Below are positions 60,990-62,385 of a stretch of 62,385 nucleotides of DNA, in pieces. The notes beneath the pieces are model-generated. The model saw only the letters and a program-made list of their open reading frames with translations. It made no database searches and was not told the origin of the DNA. Made by a program: the position numbers and the translations under genes. Source of the stretch: an uncultured Gammaproteobacteria bacterium (GTDB taxonomy: Bacteria > Patescibacteriota > Patescibacteriia > Magasanikbacterales > GWA2-37-8); NCBI GenBank assembly GCA_964482695.1, contig CAYZYP010000004.1:1-62385 (forward strand). Reading direction: 5' to 3'. How positions within the stretch are numbered: position 1 is the first letter of the stretch; every line of letters starts with the position of its first letter.

Positions 60990-61697
60990 TTATTCTGTGG
61001 AAAAGGCCATTTTGAATAATTCGAAGTATTGTAACGCCTCGTTTTTGCTCAATTTAAACTTGTATTCGTCGACTAATATGTGAGATACTGCTTCAAACAA
61101 CTCTTTTAGAGCATGTTTTCGTCCAGTAGCTAATTCATAGAAATTTTTTCCATCAATAACCCTTATATGTTTGTTGGATGGTCGTCTTTTTTTAGTTTTA
61201 TTGTCCGGCGGGACAAAAGGTTTGTCGTATGTTTTTTTGCTCTGTGGGATAACTTCAACAAAATAACCAATATAATCTGTGTATGTTTCAGTTTTAAGTT
61301 TTGATTTTATAGCATCGTATACTTCTACTTTATGGTTACCTTTTGTAGTATTGAATTTATTTTTTACCTCTGCAATAATTTTCATTTCTGAATTCACAAC
61401 ATCTAAACCACCACCTGCGCCTAGATTTGACCAACCAGGGATGGCACCGAGTACTTCTTGGTGAAAATCGCCAATCGCATTTTGCATTGTTTTTTGCGAC
61501 TGCCTAGCCTTTTCTTGTTCAATCCATTCCTTGTAAGTTATGGCATGCGTTACGCCATGAAATAGGGCGGAAAATGGATCAATTACATTTTTATGCAGAT
61601 TGTTATCTGCTTCGTGTTCGGCCGTTTCAATTATTTTGACAACTTTGCCAACGGCGGAGATTAATTGTTTGTTGGTGATAAATTTGAGATATGGCAT
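60990..61697 (-). CDS. type II restriction endonuclease (PD-(D/E)xK; Eco47II-like by memory)
   Basis: 235 aa immediately upstream of the methyltransferase. 'NVIDPFSALF', 'IGDFHQEVLG' and 'LDVVNSEMKIIAEVKNKFNTTKG' (a D...E-x-K pattern). Confidence 0.6.
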   Translation of the reverse strand: MPYLKFITNKQLISAVGKVVKIIETAEHEADNNLHKNVIDPFSALFHGVTHAITYKEWIEQEKARQSQKTMQNAIGDFHQEVLGAIPGWSNLGAGGGLDVVNSEMKIIAEVKNKFNTTKGNHKVEVYDAIKSKLKTETYTDYIGYFVEVIPQSKKTYDKPFVPPDNKTKKRRPSNKHIRVIDGKNFYELATGRKHALKELFEAVSHILVDEYKFKLSKNEALQYFELFKMAFSTE

Positions 61698-61699
61698 AG

Positions 61700-62359
61700 T
61701 TATGTTTTAATACTTTTTAATGTTTTTAGTTTTTTAGTATAGGCGATTAAATTAATGGTAATACAAATTATAGCAAGAAGAATGGTTATTATCAATGTTT
61801 GTGCTATAAAATTATATAATTCAAAGTTTAAGTAAATAATTGCAGACCATGCAGAGTATATTAACCCAAAAGCCGTTGACTCCAAGAATGTTAGTAAATA
61901 GTATTTGTAGATTTTCCCCACGTAGTAATATTTAAAAATTTTATTATTGAGATAATAAGCAAAAGAAAATAGAGTCATTCCTAACATTGGTCCAATAATT
62001 TTTAAGTAGTTTGATAATTGTTCTCTGTAAATTAAAATTAAATATTTCCACGCAAAGTAAATAAAAAATCCCATTGTAATTAGAACTACCGAACTTAGAA
62101 AATCTGTTGAAATATAAGATAATCTAATTTTTTTCTCAAATTTTTTTTCTAGTTTTATAAAATATAGATAAAAAATTATCATTATTGCCGATATTGATAT
62201 AGTTATAATGATTAACCATAGCATTTGCATGTAAAACAAAGCTATTTGTGCATCTTTGCTCTCTGGTTTAGAAATTGAAATAAAAATAGCTCCAATAGCC
62301 GTAAGTAATCCGGCAGCTTCCAATGCGCTTTTCTTTTGTTCCCAAAATTCTTTAAACAT
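61700..62359 (-). CDS. polytopic membrane protein of unknown function, first gene of the R-M operon
   Basis: 219 aa with about 6 TM segments. Its stop lies 2 nt before the endonuclease start. Confidence 0.5.
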   Translation of the reverse strand: MFKEFWEQKKSALEAAGLLTAIGAIFISISKPESKDAQIALFYMQMLWLIIITISISAIMIIFYLYFIKLEKKFEKKIRLSYISTDFLSSVVLITMGFFIYFAWKYLILIYREQLSNYLKIIGPMLGMTLFSFAYYLNNKIFKYYYVGKIYKYYLLTFLESTAFGLIYSAWSAIIYLNFELYNFIAQTLIITILLAIICITINLIAYTKKLKTLKSIKT

Positions 62360-62385
62360 AATATAAATCTGTTTTTTGCCTGTTC

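Overview
This is a 62.4-kb, AT-rich, very gene-dense bacterial window that reads cleanly with the standard code (TGA is used as a stop, e.g. 12746-12748). All family calls come from motif recognition by eye; no database search or folding program was run.

General character:
- Most start codons have no Shine-Dalgarno sequence.
- Promoters of the form TTGACA-N17-(TGn)TAnnnT are easy to spot.
- Gene content looks like a reduced-genome, possibly CPR/Patescibacteria-like organism. This is inference only. It rests on GatCA, SecA/SecD/SecF/YidC, Lgt, UppP, ArfB, a short TsaB, a large type IV pilus locus with several prepilin-like genes, and vitamin scavenging rather than biosynthesis.

Layout:
- 0.1-4.7 kb: membrane transporters (MFS, TerC, Nramp-like).
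- 4.9-7.6 kb: DEAD-box helicase plus a PAS histidine kinase and a CheY-like receiver.
- 7.7-16.3 kb: type IV pilus locus (PilB, PilC, PilM and prepilin-like genes, including a LamG-lectin pilin).
- 16.4-47.1 kb: mostly plus-strand housekeeping genes with small accessory insertions. These include tRNA-Ser(GGA), a carbonic-anhydrase remnant, a HicB/HicA-like pair, a GC-rich mini-operon and two MITE-like elements.
- 47.1-62.4 kb: everything is on the minus strand. It holds a cobalamin-riboswitch-controlled B12 capture/uptake operon, a co-directional array of accessory genes separated by related repeat modules, cysK, a 1-kb non-coding region and a type II R-M operon. The accessory array comprises a deacetylase, an HExxH protein, an AAA ATPase, GNAT, HAD, Fic, a P-loop kinase and a PRMT-like methyltransferase.

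Most interesting candidates:
1. A fused ATP-grasp ligase / DUF1704 (MATCAP-like) carboxypeptidase next to a PKD-7TM membrane protein (20654-24598).
2. A Cys-Cys-Cys leader-peptide transcription attenuator in front of cysK (58604-58801).
3. A riboswitch-controlled split transcobalamin-like B12 system (47142-50366).
4. A GC-rich, SD-bearing mini-operon with a structured leader RNA (33444-34175).
5. An orphan sRNA with a perfect consensus promoter (59113-59266).
6. Families of nested GC-rich palindromic, MITE-like and intergenic repeat modules.
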